64,000 bases of DNA from Clostridia bacterium (GTDB lineage Bacteria > Bacillota > Clostridia > Christensenellales > CAG-917). Under the pieces are notes generated by a model, which searched no databases, had not been told where the DNA came from, and saw only the letters and a program-made list of their open reading frames with translations. Shown here one piece after another: positions 27,451-36,195 of this stretch. Both the position numbers and the translations under genes were made by a program. The stretch's first letter is position 1. Every line of letters starts with the position of its first letter. The stretch lies in assembly GCA_017461985.1 (NCBI GenBank), contig JAFTSA010000001.1, positions 301 through 64,300 on the forward strand. Reading direction: 5' to 3'.

Positions 27451-28651
27451 TTATGCTGTCACCCTCGTTTATGCCCTCAGTGTTTTCATCTATGCGGGCA
27501 AATCCGTCCGCCTTTGCAATCACCGACATCATGCCGGATTTTGTAAAGAGAGGTGTTGCTTTCACGACCTCCTTTTCATAGGAAACAGACACGGGGATAA
27601 ATGAAAGTTTGCCAGGGGCAGAGGGGAAGTTGCGCTCCGCTTTTGCGGTTATTGTTTTCAAGTTGTTGTAGCCTGTGTGACGGTGATATGCTCCACCAAA
27701 AAGGTTTGAAAAAGTCATATATGCCGCCATAGGGTGACCGGGCAAACCAATGGCAATTTTGCCGTAGGCTTTTGCAAGGATTGTAGGCTTGCCGGGCTTC
27801 ACTGCAAGGCCGTGGAAAAGCACTTCACCGGCTTCAAGTAGAGTGGTGTAAGTGGCGTCTTTTTGACCTACTGAACTACCCCCTGAAAGGAGCACTACGT
27901 CTGCAAGGTCACAGGCCTCTTTCAGTGTGTCACGGAAGAGGGCCTTGTCGTCACGGATGCGACGGGCATACACCACTTTGCCAAAGGGACGAATTGCCCC
28001 AGAAAGAAGAGTTGTGTTTGTGTCACGGATTGCACCATCTCTGTACGGCTCGGTGACCGAGATAAGTTCATCACCAGTTGAGATGATGGCAAAACTCAAT
28101 GGGCGGAGAACCTCCACCTCACCAACACCGCAAGACGCAAGAAGTGAACATAAACGAGTGTTTAGCACGTCACCTTTGCGTGATAAAATGTCGTTTGTGT
28201 CAATATCTGCGCCTTTCACGATTACGTTTTCAAGATGAGATTGCGCTTTGTGCACTGCAAGAGTGTCGCCAAACACCTCGGCGTATTCGATCATCACGAC
28301 GGTGTCTGCGCCCTCAGGAATCATCCCCCCTGTTGGCACGTAAACCGCTTGATTTTCATCAACGGAAAGAGCGGTTGTTTCACCCATTTCCACACTGCCA
28401 ACAACGGTGAAAATAGATGGTGTACCATCACTTGCGCCAAGAGTGTTTGCGCTTTTCACTGCATATCCGTCCACCGTCGAGCGGGTGAAAGAGGGCACTG
28501 TTTCAGGGGATAAAATATCCTTTGCAACAATGCGTCCAAAAGCCTCCGAAAGTGCAATCCTTTCGGTGGGAACGGAGAGTATATTTTCAAGCATTTCAAT
28601 GCCGTCTTTTAGGGGAATTGCTTTGAAAAAATCCATCAGTTTCTTCCACAA
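27425..28651 (-). CDS. moeA: Molybdopterin molybdotransferase/tungstotransferase
   Basis: 408 aa. FTRSTVDGYAV, SGGSSVGQKD and AVKPGKP motifs. Confidence 0.85.
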   Translation of the reverse strand: MWKKLMDFFKAIPLKDGIEMLENILSVPTERIALSEAFGRIVAKDILSPETVPSFTRSTVDGYAVKSANTLGASDGTPSIFTVVGSVEMGETTALSVDENQAVYVPTGGMIPEGADTVVMIEYAEVFGDTLAVHKAQSHLENVIVKGADIDTNDILSRKGDVLNTRLCSLLASCGVGEVEVLRPLSFAIISTGDELISVTEPYRDGAIRDTNTTLLSGAIRPFGKVVYARRIRDDKALFRDTLKEACDLADVVLLSGGSSVGQKDATYTTLLEAGEVLFHGLAVKPGKPTILAKAYGKIAIGLPGHPMAAYMTFSNLFGGAYHRHTGYNNLKTITAKAERNFPSAPGKLSFIPVSVSYEKEVVKATPLFTKSGMMSVIAKADGFARIDENTEGINEGDSINVSLFIND

Positions 28652-29118
28652 TCTTTCACCTCTCCACGGACAAGGTCAATGGCGTGGAGAAGGGGTTTTT
28701 CTATTATTTCAAGAGATTCACTTGCGGCCTTAGGTGAGCCTGCAAGATTGACAATGAGAGATTGTCCTCTCACACCGCTGACACCACGGGAGAGCATAGC
28801 GTTTTTGGTATATTTGAGGCTTTCGTATCTTATGGCCTCGGCAATGCCAGGCACTTGTTTGTCAATGACTTCAAGGGTGGCTTCGGGGGTGACGTCACGA
28901 GGTGCAAGACCAGTGCCCCCTGAGGTGAGCACCAAGACTGCGCCGTCGTCAACCATACTGACGATAGCCTCTTTTATTGTGTCTTTGTCGTCGGGGACGA
29001 CTTTGTATTCTACATCAAAACCGCGGTTTGACAAAAAATCGCAAATGACAGGACCGCTTTTGTCTTCTCTTTCACCGTAAAACGAGCGGTCTGAACAAAC
29101 AATGACACCTGCTTTCAT
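28636..29118 (-). CDS. moaB: MogA/MoaB-type molybdopterin adenylyltransferase
   Basis: MKAGVIVCSDR start after GGAG. TSGGTGLAPRDVTPEA motif. The tracked ORF extends to 29166. Confidence 0.8.
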   Translation of the reverse strand: MKAGVIVCSDRSFYGEREDKSGPVICDFLSNRGFDVEYKVVPDDKDTIKEAIVSMVDDGAVLVLTSGGTGLAPRDVTPEATLEVIDKQVPGIAEAIRYESLKYTKNAMLSRGVSGVRGQSLIVNLAGSPKAASESLEIIEKPLLHAIDLVRGEVKDCGRN

Positions 29119-29145
29119 AAAAATCTCCAAAAAATTGATGTGTAT

Positions 29146-29174
29146 ATTATAACTCATAATATACAAATAATCAA
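29146..29174 (-). promoter_or_regulatory. Sigma-A promoter of the moa operon, with a short leader and no riboswitch
   Basis: The minus strand reads TTGATT, 17 nt, TATAAT. Only ~25 nt separate it from the ATG. Confidence 0.6.
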
Positions 29175-29309
29175 GACGGAATATGGATGAGAGGGACGAA
29201 TTGGGAAAAAATTGTAGTTGACAGAAGAGTTTGAGGCGGTTTTATGGAAAATGAAGGGCAGATAAATTTGTCCTCAGACCGCTCGCACACCTGCGGTGCG
29301 CATTGAAGA

Positions 29310-29338
29310 TTGACAATATCTTTTGAAAGGAGTATTAT
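29310..29338 (+). promoter_or_regulatory. Sigma-A promoter of the O-antigen-ligase-like gene
   Basis: TTGACA, 17 nt, TATTAT. The first ATG (29354) is only 15 nt downstream, so the true start codon is uncertain. Confidence 0.5.
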
Positions 29339-29353
29339 AGATATATCAAAACA

Positions 29354-30880
29354 ATGCTTGGAGAGTTTTTCTTTCAAGCAAAGTTGGTTATTATGGATAT
29401 TTTGCAAAAACTGAAAAAAGGAATTGCCCCTGTTGATAGTTTCGTCAAGAAATTTATCTACACCGATTATTATATGTGGCTTATTCTCGCCATCGTATTT
29501 ATCGGTTGGGTGGCAAGAAGTGCAACCTTTGGTTTTGTCGCGTTGATTTTGACCTCTTCTTTCGTATTGCTTTTTGCTGACGACATTCTCCCCCTCATTG
29601 CCAATATTTTGTCCGCGGTGCTTATGATATTCACGGACACCATTGACGCGTTTTTGTATTTGTGGCCCACCTTTATTCCCCTTGGACTTGCAATCGCAGT
29701 GTTTGTGGTGCGCAACGTGAGGATAAAGGTCAAAACCCCCGGCGAAAAATTCCATCTTGGCAAAATGTTTTTCCCTAGGCTTGCGGTGGCGCTTGCACTC
29801 CTTCTTGGTGGTGTTGGCGTTGTCAGTGGTGAAGGCTATCTTATGGCGCTCCCCAACACAATCGCCCTTGGCATAGGTGTCCTTGCGGTGTATCTTCTTG
29901 TCCGCAACTTCTTGAAGACAGGTGGAGACCTTGACCGCAGTGTTTATTTTGCAAAGATACTTGCATACGTAGGTATGGTGGTTGGCCTTCAACTGGTCGT
30001 CGCCATTGCAAGGACAGGTATTGCTCCTGCACACTGGGCAAGTGCATATTGGGATATCGGTTGGGGCAACCGCAACAACGTGGCAACATATCTCATCTTC
30101 ACCGCGCCTATGTGCCTCTTCCTCAGCACAAAGCACCGCTATGGTGTCATATATCTTTTGATGGCAGTGTTCCAATATTGCTGTCTTATCATGACCTTCT
30201 CCCGTGGTGGCATTCTCTTTGGTATGATTGCCATGGTGTTCGGCATCACTTTCACCATTTGGAAGGCAAAGGACAGAAAGCGTCAAGCAATTTACGTCGG
30301 CAGTGTGATTGCGGTGATGTTGTTGTTCTATCTTATCTTTATGGACAGCGTCAACGACGTCTTCAAGAGTTTGTTGTCCCGTGGCACAGGTCTTAGCGGA
30401 CGCGACCTTCTCTACGTTGAAGCGTGGGATCTCTTCAAGCAAAAACCCTTCCAAGGACACGGCCTCGGCTATATGGGCAACGGCCCCGGCGGAGTGCACG
30501 AAGCAATCAACCTTTACTGGTTCCACTCAACCTTCTTCCAAGTCATTGCTTGTATGGGTATCCTTGGCATCTTGGCATACGGCTACAACTACGTGGTGAA
30601 GTTTATGATTCTCCTCAAAAACTGGCGCAACAGCTTCAACCTCTTTGTCCTAGTGATTTTCATCGGCTTTGAAGGCTACTCAATGATGGACACCGGCACA
30701 ATGGTGCCTTTCCCCAATATGATGCTTGTTGCCATCTTGATGTGCGTGGTTGAAATGTTCACTTCAGACCGCGACACCGTCACCTTTGACAAACTGTGCA
30801 GGACAGAAGTTTACACCCGTGAAACCGCCCCTGCAGTTGAAGAAGAAAGCGGAGAAGAACTTGCCCCCACAGAGGCATAA
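29354..30880 (+). CDS. O-antigen ligase/polymerase (Wzy_C-like) polytopic membrane protein
   Basis: About 10 or more hydrophobic spans. FSRGGILFGMIAMVFG and WFHSTFFQVIACMGILGILAY segments. Confidence 0.7.
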   Translation: MLGEFFFQAKLVIMDILQKLKKGIAPVDSFVKKFIYTDYYMWLILAIVFIGWVARSATFGFVALILTSSFVLLFADDILPLIANILSAVLMIFTDTIDAFLYLWPTFIPLGLAIAVFVVRNVRIKVKTPGEKFHLGKMFFPRLAVALALLLGGVGVVSGEGYLMALPNTIALGIGVLAVYLLVRNFLKTGGDLDRSVYFAKILAYVGMVVGLQLVVAIARTGIAPAHWASAYWDIGWGNRNNVATYLIFTAPMCLFLSTKHRYGVIYLLMAVFQYCCLIMTFSRGGILFGMIAMVFGITFTIWKAKDRKRQAIYVGSVIAVMLLFYLIFMDSVNDVFKSLLSRGTGLSGRDLLYVEAWDLFKQKPFQGHGLGYMGNGPGGVHEAINLYWFHSTFFQVIACMGILGILAYGYNYVVKFMILLKNWRNSFNLFVLVIFIGFEGYSMMDTGTMVPFPNMMLVAILMCVVEMFTSDRDTVTFDKLCRTEVYTRETAPAVEEESGEELAPTEA

Positions 30881-30932
30881 TCAAGTCAAAACAAGACAAA
30901 AAAAGAAAACAATCAAAAACTCAATGAAAAAC

Positions 30933-30959
30933 AAAAAACCACCGCAATCGGTGGTTTTT
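30933..30959. terminator. Bidirectional terminator
   Basis: A6-ccaccg-caat-cggtgg-T5. Confidence 0.75.
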
Positions 30960-31002
30960 ATTTTGTATTTTGACACTTAAACTTGCTGTTTTGTGATTTT
31001 GT

Positions 31003-32622
31003 TTATTTCACGATGAATGCAACAACGCCGTCTTTTGGCACTGTTGCGGACACTTTTTTGCCCTTGATTGTGGCCTCGCCAACGATGTTTTTGAGGGTGA
31101 TTTCATCGCCAAATTTTGCGTTGACATAGTTGTCACCGACAAGGGTTTCAAGATTAAAATTCACCTTTTGTTTCAGTGCGGTCTTGTTGAAGAAACAGAT
31201 TGCAGTGCCGTCTTCAACGGGTTTTGCAAGGATGTCGACAGAGCCCTTTCTCACACGCTTTGCTTGCATACATTTGCTGTCTTGGTTGATGGCAATAAGG
31301 TCAGGATTGGTGACGATGTCTTTCACGGAGTCGGGCATTTTTCTAAGGTCATTGCCAAGGACAAGAGGTGCATTCATAAAGCACCACAGGGTGAAGTGTG
31401 ACAGGTTTTGATTGTAGGTGAGATTGCCGTTGCCCACTTCAAGCATATCGGGGTCATTGTAATGTCCTGCGTTTGCGTGGCGGTAGAGCCTTACGTTGCG
31501 CTCGTATATTATCTTGATCCAAGGCCACCAAGGACGGATGTCGGGGGTGGTGCGCCACATATTTCCTGCGGTTTTTCCCCAAAGCCAAGGTTTCCTGAAT
31601 CCCCATTCGCAGATTGAGAAGAGAATAGGTTTTTCCTCAGTGCCACTTTCACTTGCCACTCGTTTGGTCGCAGTCTTCAATGCCTTTGCCATACGGCGGT
31701 AGAGGAGGGTTGCGCTGTCAATTTTGTTGCCTACAGGGTTGTAGAGTTTGACCGTATTGTAGCCCTTTTTCATATCAACTGCCACTTGGAAACGTGCCGT
31801 CCAGTTGTAGTGTTTTTGACTGGGGATTTCAATTTCGTAAGGCACGCCGTTGACTTCGGCAATGAGATATTTTTCATATTGACCTTTCTTTCGCACGTTG
31901 ACAGTGAGGGCGTATTTGCCGTCCTCTTCAACAAAAACGTTGTTGAAAGTGAGTGAGCCTTTTCCGCCGTCAAGGCCGGACACGTATCTGCCTCCCTCTA
32001 CATGGCTGTCCTTCATAAATCTTGCAAGACCACCGAGGATTCCGTTGGAGCAGTTGTAGAAGGTGGAGTCCTTTGTGCCGAAAGGCGCAACGGTTATTCC
32101 ATAAACAAGAGGCGCGTACACGGGCAAGGGAATATTGTGGCAGAAGTCGTATTTGAAATACTCAATGCCCCACTTTGCAATGGTGTAGGCGTCTTGATCT
32201 TCGCGTCCTAGTGATGCAGGCAAATCCTCGCAGGTGAGAGTGCCGTTTGAGGAGTAGATTCCAAGCTTCAAACCCAGGTCGTTGACCTTTTTGGTGAGGG
32301 CAGGGATTCCACTAGCAAAAGCGATATAATCCCCGATTAGATCGCCGTTTTCGTCACGATTGTTGGAGTGCCAGCAGTCGTCGATATTGACGTAGACGTA
32401 GCCTGCGTCTTTGAGCCCTTTGTCCGCCATTGCTTTGGCTGTTTCATAGATGAGATCCTCAGTTATGTTGCCTCTAAAAGTGTTCCAACTTGACCAACCC
32501 ATAAGGGGTGTACGGCGGGAAACACTGTCATATTCGGGCACTTCGGGGACGGGTGCAACCGTCTTTGCGCCGAAGAGGGCGTTCTTCAAAAAACATATAG
32601 GACACATGCCGTTTCTTTTCAT
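31003..32622 (-). CDS. GH27 alpha-galactosidase-like enzyme with an internal beta-sandwich-like insertion
   Basis: PLMGWSSWNTF, YVNIDDCW, YFKYDFC and FSICEWG motifs. About 140 extra residues lie between the last two motifs. Confidence 0.8.
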   Translation of the reverse strand: MKRNGMCPICFLKNALFGAKTVAPVPEVPEYDSVSRRTPLMGWSSWNTFRGNITEDLIYETAKAMADKGLKDAGYVYVNIDDCWHSNNRDENGDLIGDYIAFASGIPALTKKVNDLGLKLGIYSSNGTLTCEDLPASLGREDQDAYTIAKWGIEYFKYDFCHNIPLPVYAPLVYGITVAPFGTKDSTFYNCSNGILGGLARFMKDSHVEGGRYVSGLDGGKGSLTFNNVFVEEDGKYALTVNVRKKGQYEKYLIAEVNGVPYEIEIPSQKHYNWTARFQVAVDMKKGYNTVKLYNPVGNKIDSATLLYRRMAKALKTATKRVASESGTEEKPILFSICEWGFRKPWLWGKTAGNMWRTTPDIRPWWPWIKIIYERNVRLYRHANAGHYNDPDMLEVGNGNLTYNQNLSHFTLWCFMNAPLVLGNDLRKMPDSVKDIVTNPDLIAINQDSKCMQAKRVRKGSVDILAKPVEDGTAICFFNKTALKQKVNFNLETLVGDNYVNAKFGDEITLKNIVGEATIKGKKVSATVPKDGVVAFIVK

Positions 32623-32791
32623 AATTCACCTCGCCTTATCATTTTAGCAAAAGCCAGTGGCAAAAACAAGTCCAAAGTGGAATAAGTGAACAAAACTCAC
32701 AAAAATGTAGGATTTTAGGGTAAAATGACTATTTACACAGACCGAATAAAATGCTATACTTTTTGTATAACAAAAAAGGGACGGTAGAATT

Positions 32792-34384
32792 ATGGGAAAA
32801 TACGTTATCGCTTACGACATCGGCACCACTGGTGTTAAGACTTGTCTTTTTGAAATTGAAAAGGACATCAAAATGCTTGCAGCAGCCAGTGAAGGATACA
32901 AACTTTACGTCCTTGACGGTGGCGGAGCGGAACAAGACCCCGATGAGTGGTGGGGTGCTATGCGCTCAACGACGGCAACCATCTTTTCAAAGGTTGACGT
33001 AAAGCCTGAAGAGGTTGAGGGCATATCTTTCTGCTCACAAGCACAAGGACTTGTCCTTGTGGACAAAGACGGCAACGCAATCCGCAGAGCATTCAGCTAT
33101 ATGGATCAACGCGCTCGCGAAGAAATTAAAGAGGGCATTGCATACGGCTTCCAAATTGCAGGGGGCAATGTCATGAAACTTCTCCCCTCATTGATGATAA
33201 CAGGGGCAGCACCTCTTTCAGTGAAGGACCCTGTGTGGAAATACAACTGGGTGAAGAAGCACGAGCCCGACAACTTCAAAAAAGTCCACAAGTGGCTTGA
33301 CGTCAAGGAATATCTCATTTGCCGTATGACAGGGGAGTTTGTCATGACTTACGACTCCGCTTTCGGCACAGAAATGTACGACTACAAGAAAAAGTGTTTC
33401 TCAAAGAAGATGTGCAAGATGTTTGGAGTTGACATCAATCACTTCCCTCGTCTTATTGCATCAACTGAGTGCGCAGGCACAGTCACCAAAAAGGCGGCAG
33501 AGGAACTTGGCCTTGCAGAAGGCATCAAGGTCTATGGCGGTGGTATGGACGCAAACCTTATCGGCGTAGGCGCAGGAAGCACAGGCCTTGGTGATACACA
33601 TATTTACAGCGGGACTTCAGGCTGGATTGGCACAATCACTGACAAGTCAGTGGTGGACGCAACTGCAATGATTGCAGCAACGGTTGCAGCAGAGGAAGGC
33701 AGATTCAATTACTTTGCAGAGCTTGAAACCTCGGGCAAGTGCTTTGAATGGGTGAAGGACCACCTTGCTCTTGACGAAATCGGCATTTATATCCGCAAGA
33801 CTGACGTGTCTGAGGACATTGAAAAGAAATATCTCAGTTTGTTCCAATATATGACAACAATTGTGGACGACATCCCTGCAGGCTGTGGCGGTGTCATCTT
33901 CACACCCTGGCTCCACGGCAATCGTTGTCCTTTTGAAGACCCCAACGCAAGAGGTATGTTCTTCAACATCTCCCTTGAAACAGGCAAGAGTGAACTTATC
34001 CGTGCAGTCCTTGAAGGCATCTGCTATCACAAACGTTGGATGCTTGAATCCTCTGCAAAGAAAGTCACCCCCAGTGATACAATCCGTTTTGTTGGCGGCG
34101 GTGCTCTCAGTGAATTCACTTGCCAACTGCTTGCAGACATAACAGGACACAGAATTGAAACAGTCAACAGCCCTCAAAACGTAGGAGCAGTTGGTGCAGC
34201 GGTGTGCGCAGGTGTCGGCGTTGGACTTATCCCCTCATTTGAAAAGGTCAAGGAGTTTATCCCTGCATCCAAGTCATTTGAGCCCAACCTTGAACTGAAA
34301 AAGGCAGTGTACGACAAGAACTTTGAAGTGTTCAAAAAACTCTACAAAGCCAACAAGGAAAACTTCGCACTCCTCAACAAATAA
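32792..34384 (+). CDS. FGGY-family carbohydrate kinase
   Basis: YVIAYDIGTTGVKTCLF N-terminus, and GGGA and GAVGAA segments, 530 aa. Confidence 0.8.
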   Translation: MGKYVIAYDIGTTGVKTCLFEIEKDIKMLAAASEGYKLYVLDGGGAEQDPDEWWGAMRSTTATIFSKVDVKPEEVEGISFCSQAQGLVLVDKDGNAIRRAFSYMDQRAREEIKEGIAYGFQIAGGNVMKLLPSLMITGAAPLSVKDPVWKYNWVKKHEPDNFKKVHKWLDVKEYLICRMTGEFVMTYDSAFGTEMYDYKKKCFSKKMCKMFGVDINHFPRLIASTECAGTVTKKAAEELGLAEGIKVYGGGMDANLIGVGAGSTGLGDTHIYSGTSGWIGTITDKSVVDATAMIAATVAAEEGRFNYFAELETSGKCFEWVKDHLALDEIGIYIRKTDVSEDIEKKYLSLFQYMTTIVDDIPAGCGGVIFTPWLHGNRCPFEDPNARGMFFNISLETGKSELIRAVLEGICYHKRWMLESSAKKVTPSDTIRFVGGGALSEFTCQLLADITGHRIETVNSPQNVGAVGAAVCAGVGVGLIPSFEKVKEFIPASKSFEPNLELKKAVYDKNFEVFKKLYKANKENFALLNK

Positions 34385-34428
34385 CGCATTAGAATACCAA
34401 AAACAAAGGCGGTTTGCCTTTTGAGAGT

Positions 34429-34460
34429 AAATTCCCACAATTCGTGGGAATTTATTTTTT
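34429..34460 (+). terminator. Rho-independent terminator after the kinase gene
   Basis: aaattcccac-aattc-gtgggaattt followed by a T-run. Confidence 0.8.
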
Positions 34461-34491
34461 CAATGAATATATTAATATAAAAAAGCAATCG

Positions 34492-34520
34492 TTGACATTT
34501 TTCAGTCATAGCATTATAAT
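34492..34520 (+). promoter_or_regulatory. Perfect consensus sigma-A promoter of guaA
   Basis: TTGACA, 17 nt, TATAAT. A 17-nt palindrome agcattataataatgct (34510-34526) spans the -10 box. Confidence 0.75.
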
Positions 34521-34546
34521 AATGCTATCATTTTTAGGAGTTTACT

Positions 34547-36076
34547 ATGAATCACGACGTACAAAAAATTATAGTCCTAGATTTCGGCGGTCAGTATAAA
34601 GAACTCATCGCAAGAAAAGTCCGTGCACTCAAAGTTATGAGTGTCATTATGTCTGGCGACACCCCCATCGAGCGTATCCAAAAGGAAAACCCCATTGGTA
34701 TTATCCTCACCGGCGGTCCTCACAGCGTGTATAAGGAAGACTCTCTCCACGCAGACAAGGCACTCTTTGACCTTGGCGTGCCCGTCCTCGGCATTTGCTA
34801 TGGCATGCAATTTATGGCGCACTCCCTTGGTGGCGAAGTTGCTCCCTGCGCAATCAGTGAGTACGGCAAGACAAAGACCACCATTGACACAAACTCCTTG
34901 CTTTATAAGGGTATAGACACAACAACAAACACCCTTATGAATCACACCGATTTCGTCAAGCGTATCCCCGAAGGATTCGTGGTGACAGGTCACACCAAAA
35001 ATTGCCCCGTTGCTTCAATGGAATGCCCTGAAAGAAAACTCTATGCAGTGCAATATCACCCCGAAGCAGACCTCAGTGAAAGCGGACTTGACGTCATCCG
35101 CAACTTCCTCTACGAGGTTTGTGGCGCAGTCGGCGACTATACAATCGGTGATTTCATTGACAAAGAAATCCAAAGAATCCGCGAGCAAGTTGGCGACAAG
35201 CACGTAGTGCTTGGTTTGAGCGGTGGTGTTGACAGCTCAGTCACCGCAGCAATTTTGGAGCGCGCAATCCCCGACCAAGTGACTTGCATCTTTGTTAACC
35301 ACGGCATGATGAGAAAACACGAACCAGAAGAAGTTGAGGCAGCATTTAGAGGCAAGCACCTGAAGTTTGTCCACGTCAATGCAGAAAAGAGATTCCTTGA
35401 CAGGCTGAAAGGCGTCACCGACCCCGAACAAAAACGCATTATAATCGGTGAGGAATTCGTCCGTGTGTTTGAAGAAGAAAGTGCAGAATATGAAGGCAGT
35501 TTCCTTGCTCAAGGCACAATCTATCCCGACGTCGTTGAAAGCGGACACGCCAGTGGCGCAGTCATCAAGAGTCACCACAACGTGGGCGGACTCCCCAAAG
35601 AAACCAAGTTTGTAGGACTTGTTGAGCCTCTCCGCACCTTGTTCAAAGACGAAGTGAGAGAACTCGGTGTCCTTCTTGGTCTTCCTGAGGAATACGTATC
35701 TCGTCAACCTTTCCCCGGCCCCGGCCTTGGCGTGAGATGTATCGGTGAGCTGACAAAGGACCGTCTTGATATCCTTCGTGACGCAGACTATATATATAGA
35801 GAAGAACTGAAAAACGCAGGCCTCAAGTTTGACCAATATTTTGCTGTCCTCACCAGTATGCGCTCAGTTGGTGTCAAGGGTGACGGCAGAACGTACGGCT
35901 ATGTTGTTGCACTTCGTGCAATCCACACAACAGACTTTATGACATGTGAATACGCACATATCCCTTATGACGTCCTTGACAAAATCACTTCCCGCATAGT
36001 CAACGAAGTGAAGGGTGTCGGCAGAATCGTCTACGACATCACCGGCAAACCTCCTGCGACCATTGAGTGGGAATAG
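34547..36076 (+). CDS. guaA: GMP synthase (glutamine-hydrolysing)
   Basis: GATase domain (GICYGMQ, HPE) and the ATP-PPase loop LGLSGGVDSSV, 509 aa. Confidence 0.95.
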   Translation: MNHDVQKIIVLDFGGQYKELIARKVRALKVMSVIMSGDTPIERIQKENPIGIILTGGPHSVYKEDSLHADKALFDLGVPVLGICYGMQFMAHSLGGEVAPCAISEYGKTKTTIDTNSLLYKGIDTTTNTLMNHTDFVKRIPEGFVVTGHTKNCPVASMECPERKLYAVQYHPEADLSESGLDVIRNFLYEVCGAVGDYTIGDFIDKEIQRIREQVGDKHVVLGLSGGVDSSVTAAILERAIPDQVTCIFVNHGMMRKHEPEEVEAAFRGKHLKFVHVNAEKRFLDRLKGVTDPEQKRIIIGEEFVRVFEEESAEYEGSFLAQGTIYPDVVESGHASGAVIKSHHNVGGLPKETKFVGLVEPLRTLFKDEVRELGVLLGLPEEYVSRQPFPGPGLGVRCIGELTKDRLDILRDADYIYREELKNAGLKFDQYFAVLTSMRSVGVKGDGRTYGYVVALRAIHTTDFMTCEYAHIPYDVLDKITSRIVNEVKGVGRIVYDITGKPPATIEWE

Positions 36077-36139
36077 GCATTTGCTGAGCAAACGCAATTA
36101 AATCCACAAATGTGGATTTGACTGAAGAAATCACCATTT

Positions 36140-36169
36140 CACCTATGAGTTTCTCATAGGTGTATTTTT
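36140..36169 (+). terminator. Rho-independent terminator/attenuator between guaA and the ABC-F gene
   Basis: cacctatgag-ttt-ctcataggtg followed by tattttt. It is preceded by a second hairpin at 36100-36119. Confidence 0.7.
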
Positions 36170-36195
36170 GAAGAGAGATAGAATTTAGGAGTGGT

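Noticed and set aside
24761-28733. Many plus-strand ORFs of 100-260 aa across the moa operon, for example 24761-25546, 26207-26629 and 28679-29080.
   Set aside because: All are antisense to genes with unambiguous MoaA, MoeA or MogA motifs. Their products are Ser/Arg/Pro-rich with no recognisable domains, so I treat them as shadow ORFs.
29171-30526. A 451-aa ORF on the minus strand, the longest unexplained ORF in the window. It ends just upstream of the moa operon promoter.
   Set aside because: It is fully antisense to a convincing polytopic membrane protein gene (29354-30880). Its product is a His/Cys/Lys/Asn-rich low-complexity string with no motif, no RBS and no sensible start context. This is the typical shadow ORF of a hydrophobic-protein gene. 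Only ribosome profiling could rescue it.
36100-36119. aaatccacaaatgtggattt contains DnaA-box-like words (TTATCCACA-like). I considered it an origin signal, together with the AT-rich 45-kb spacer.
   Set aside because: It is a single inverted pair that forms a hairpin right after guaA. I saw no cluster of DnaA boxes, no dnaA or dnaN nearby, and none in the 45-kb spacer.
36147-36161. A four-codon mini-ORF (ATG AGT TTC TCA TAG) inside the terminator hairpin upstream of the ABC-F gene. I considered it as an attenuation leader peptide.
   Set aside because: It has no ribosome-binding site, and the ATG is sequestered in the stem. It is most simply a coincidence of the palindrome.
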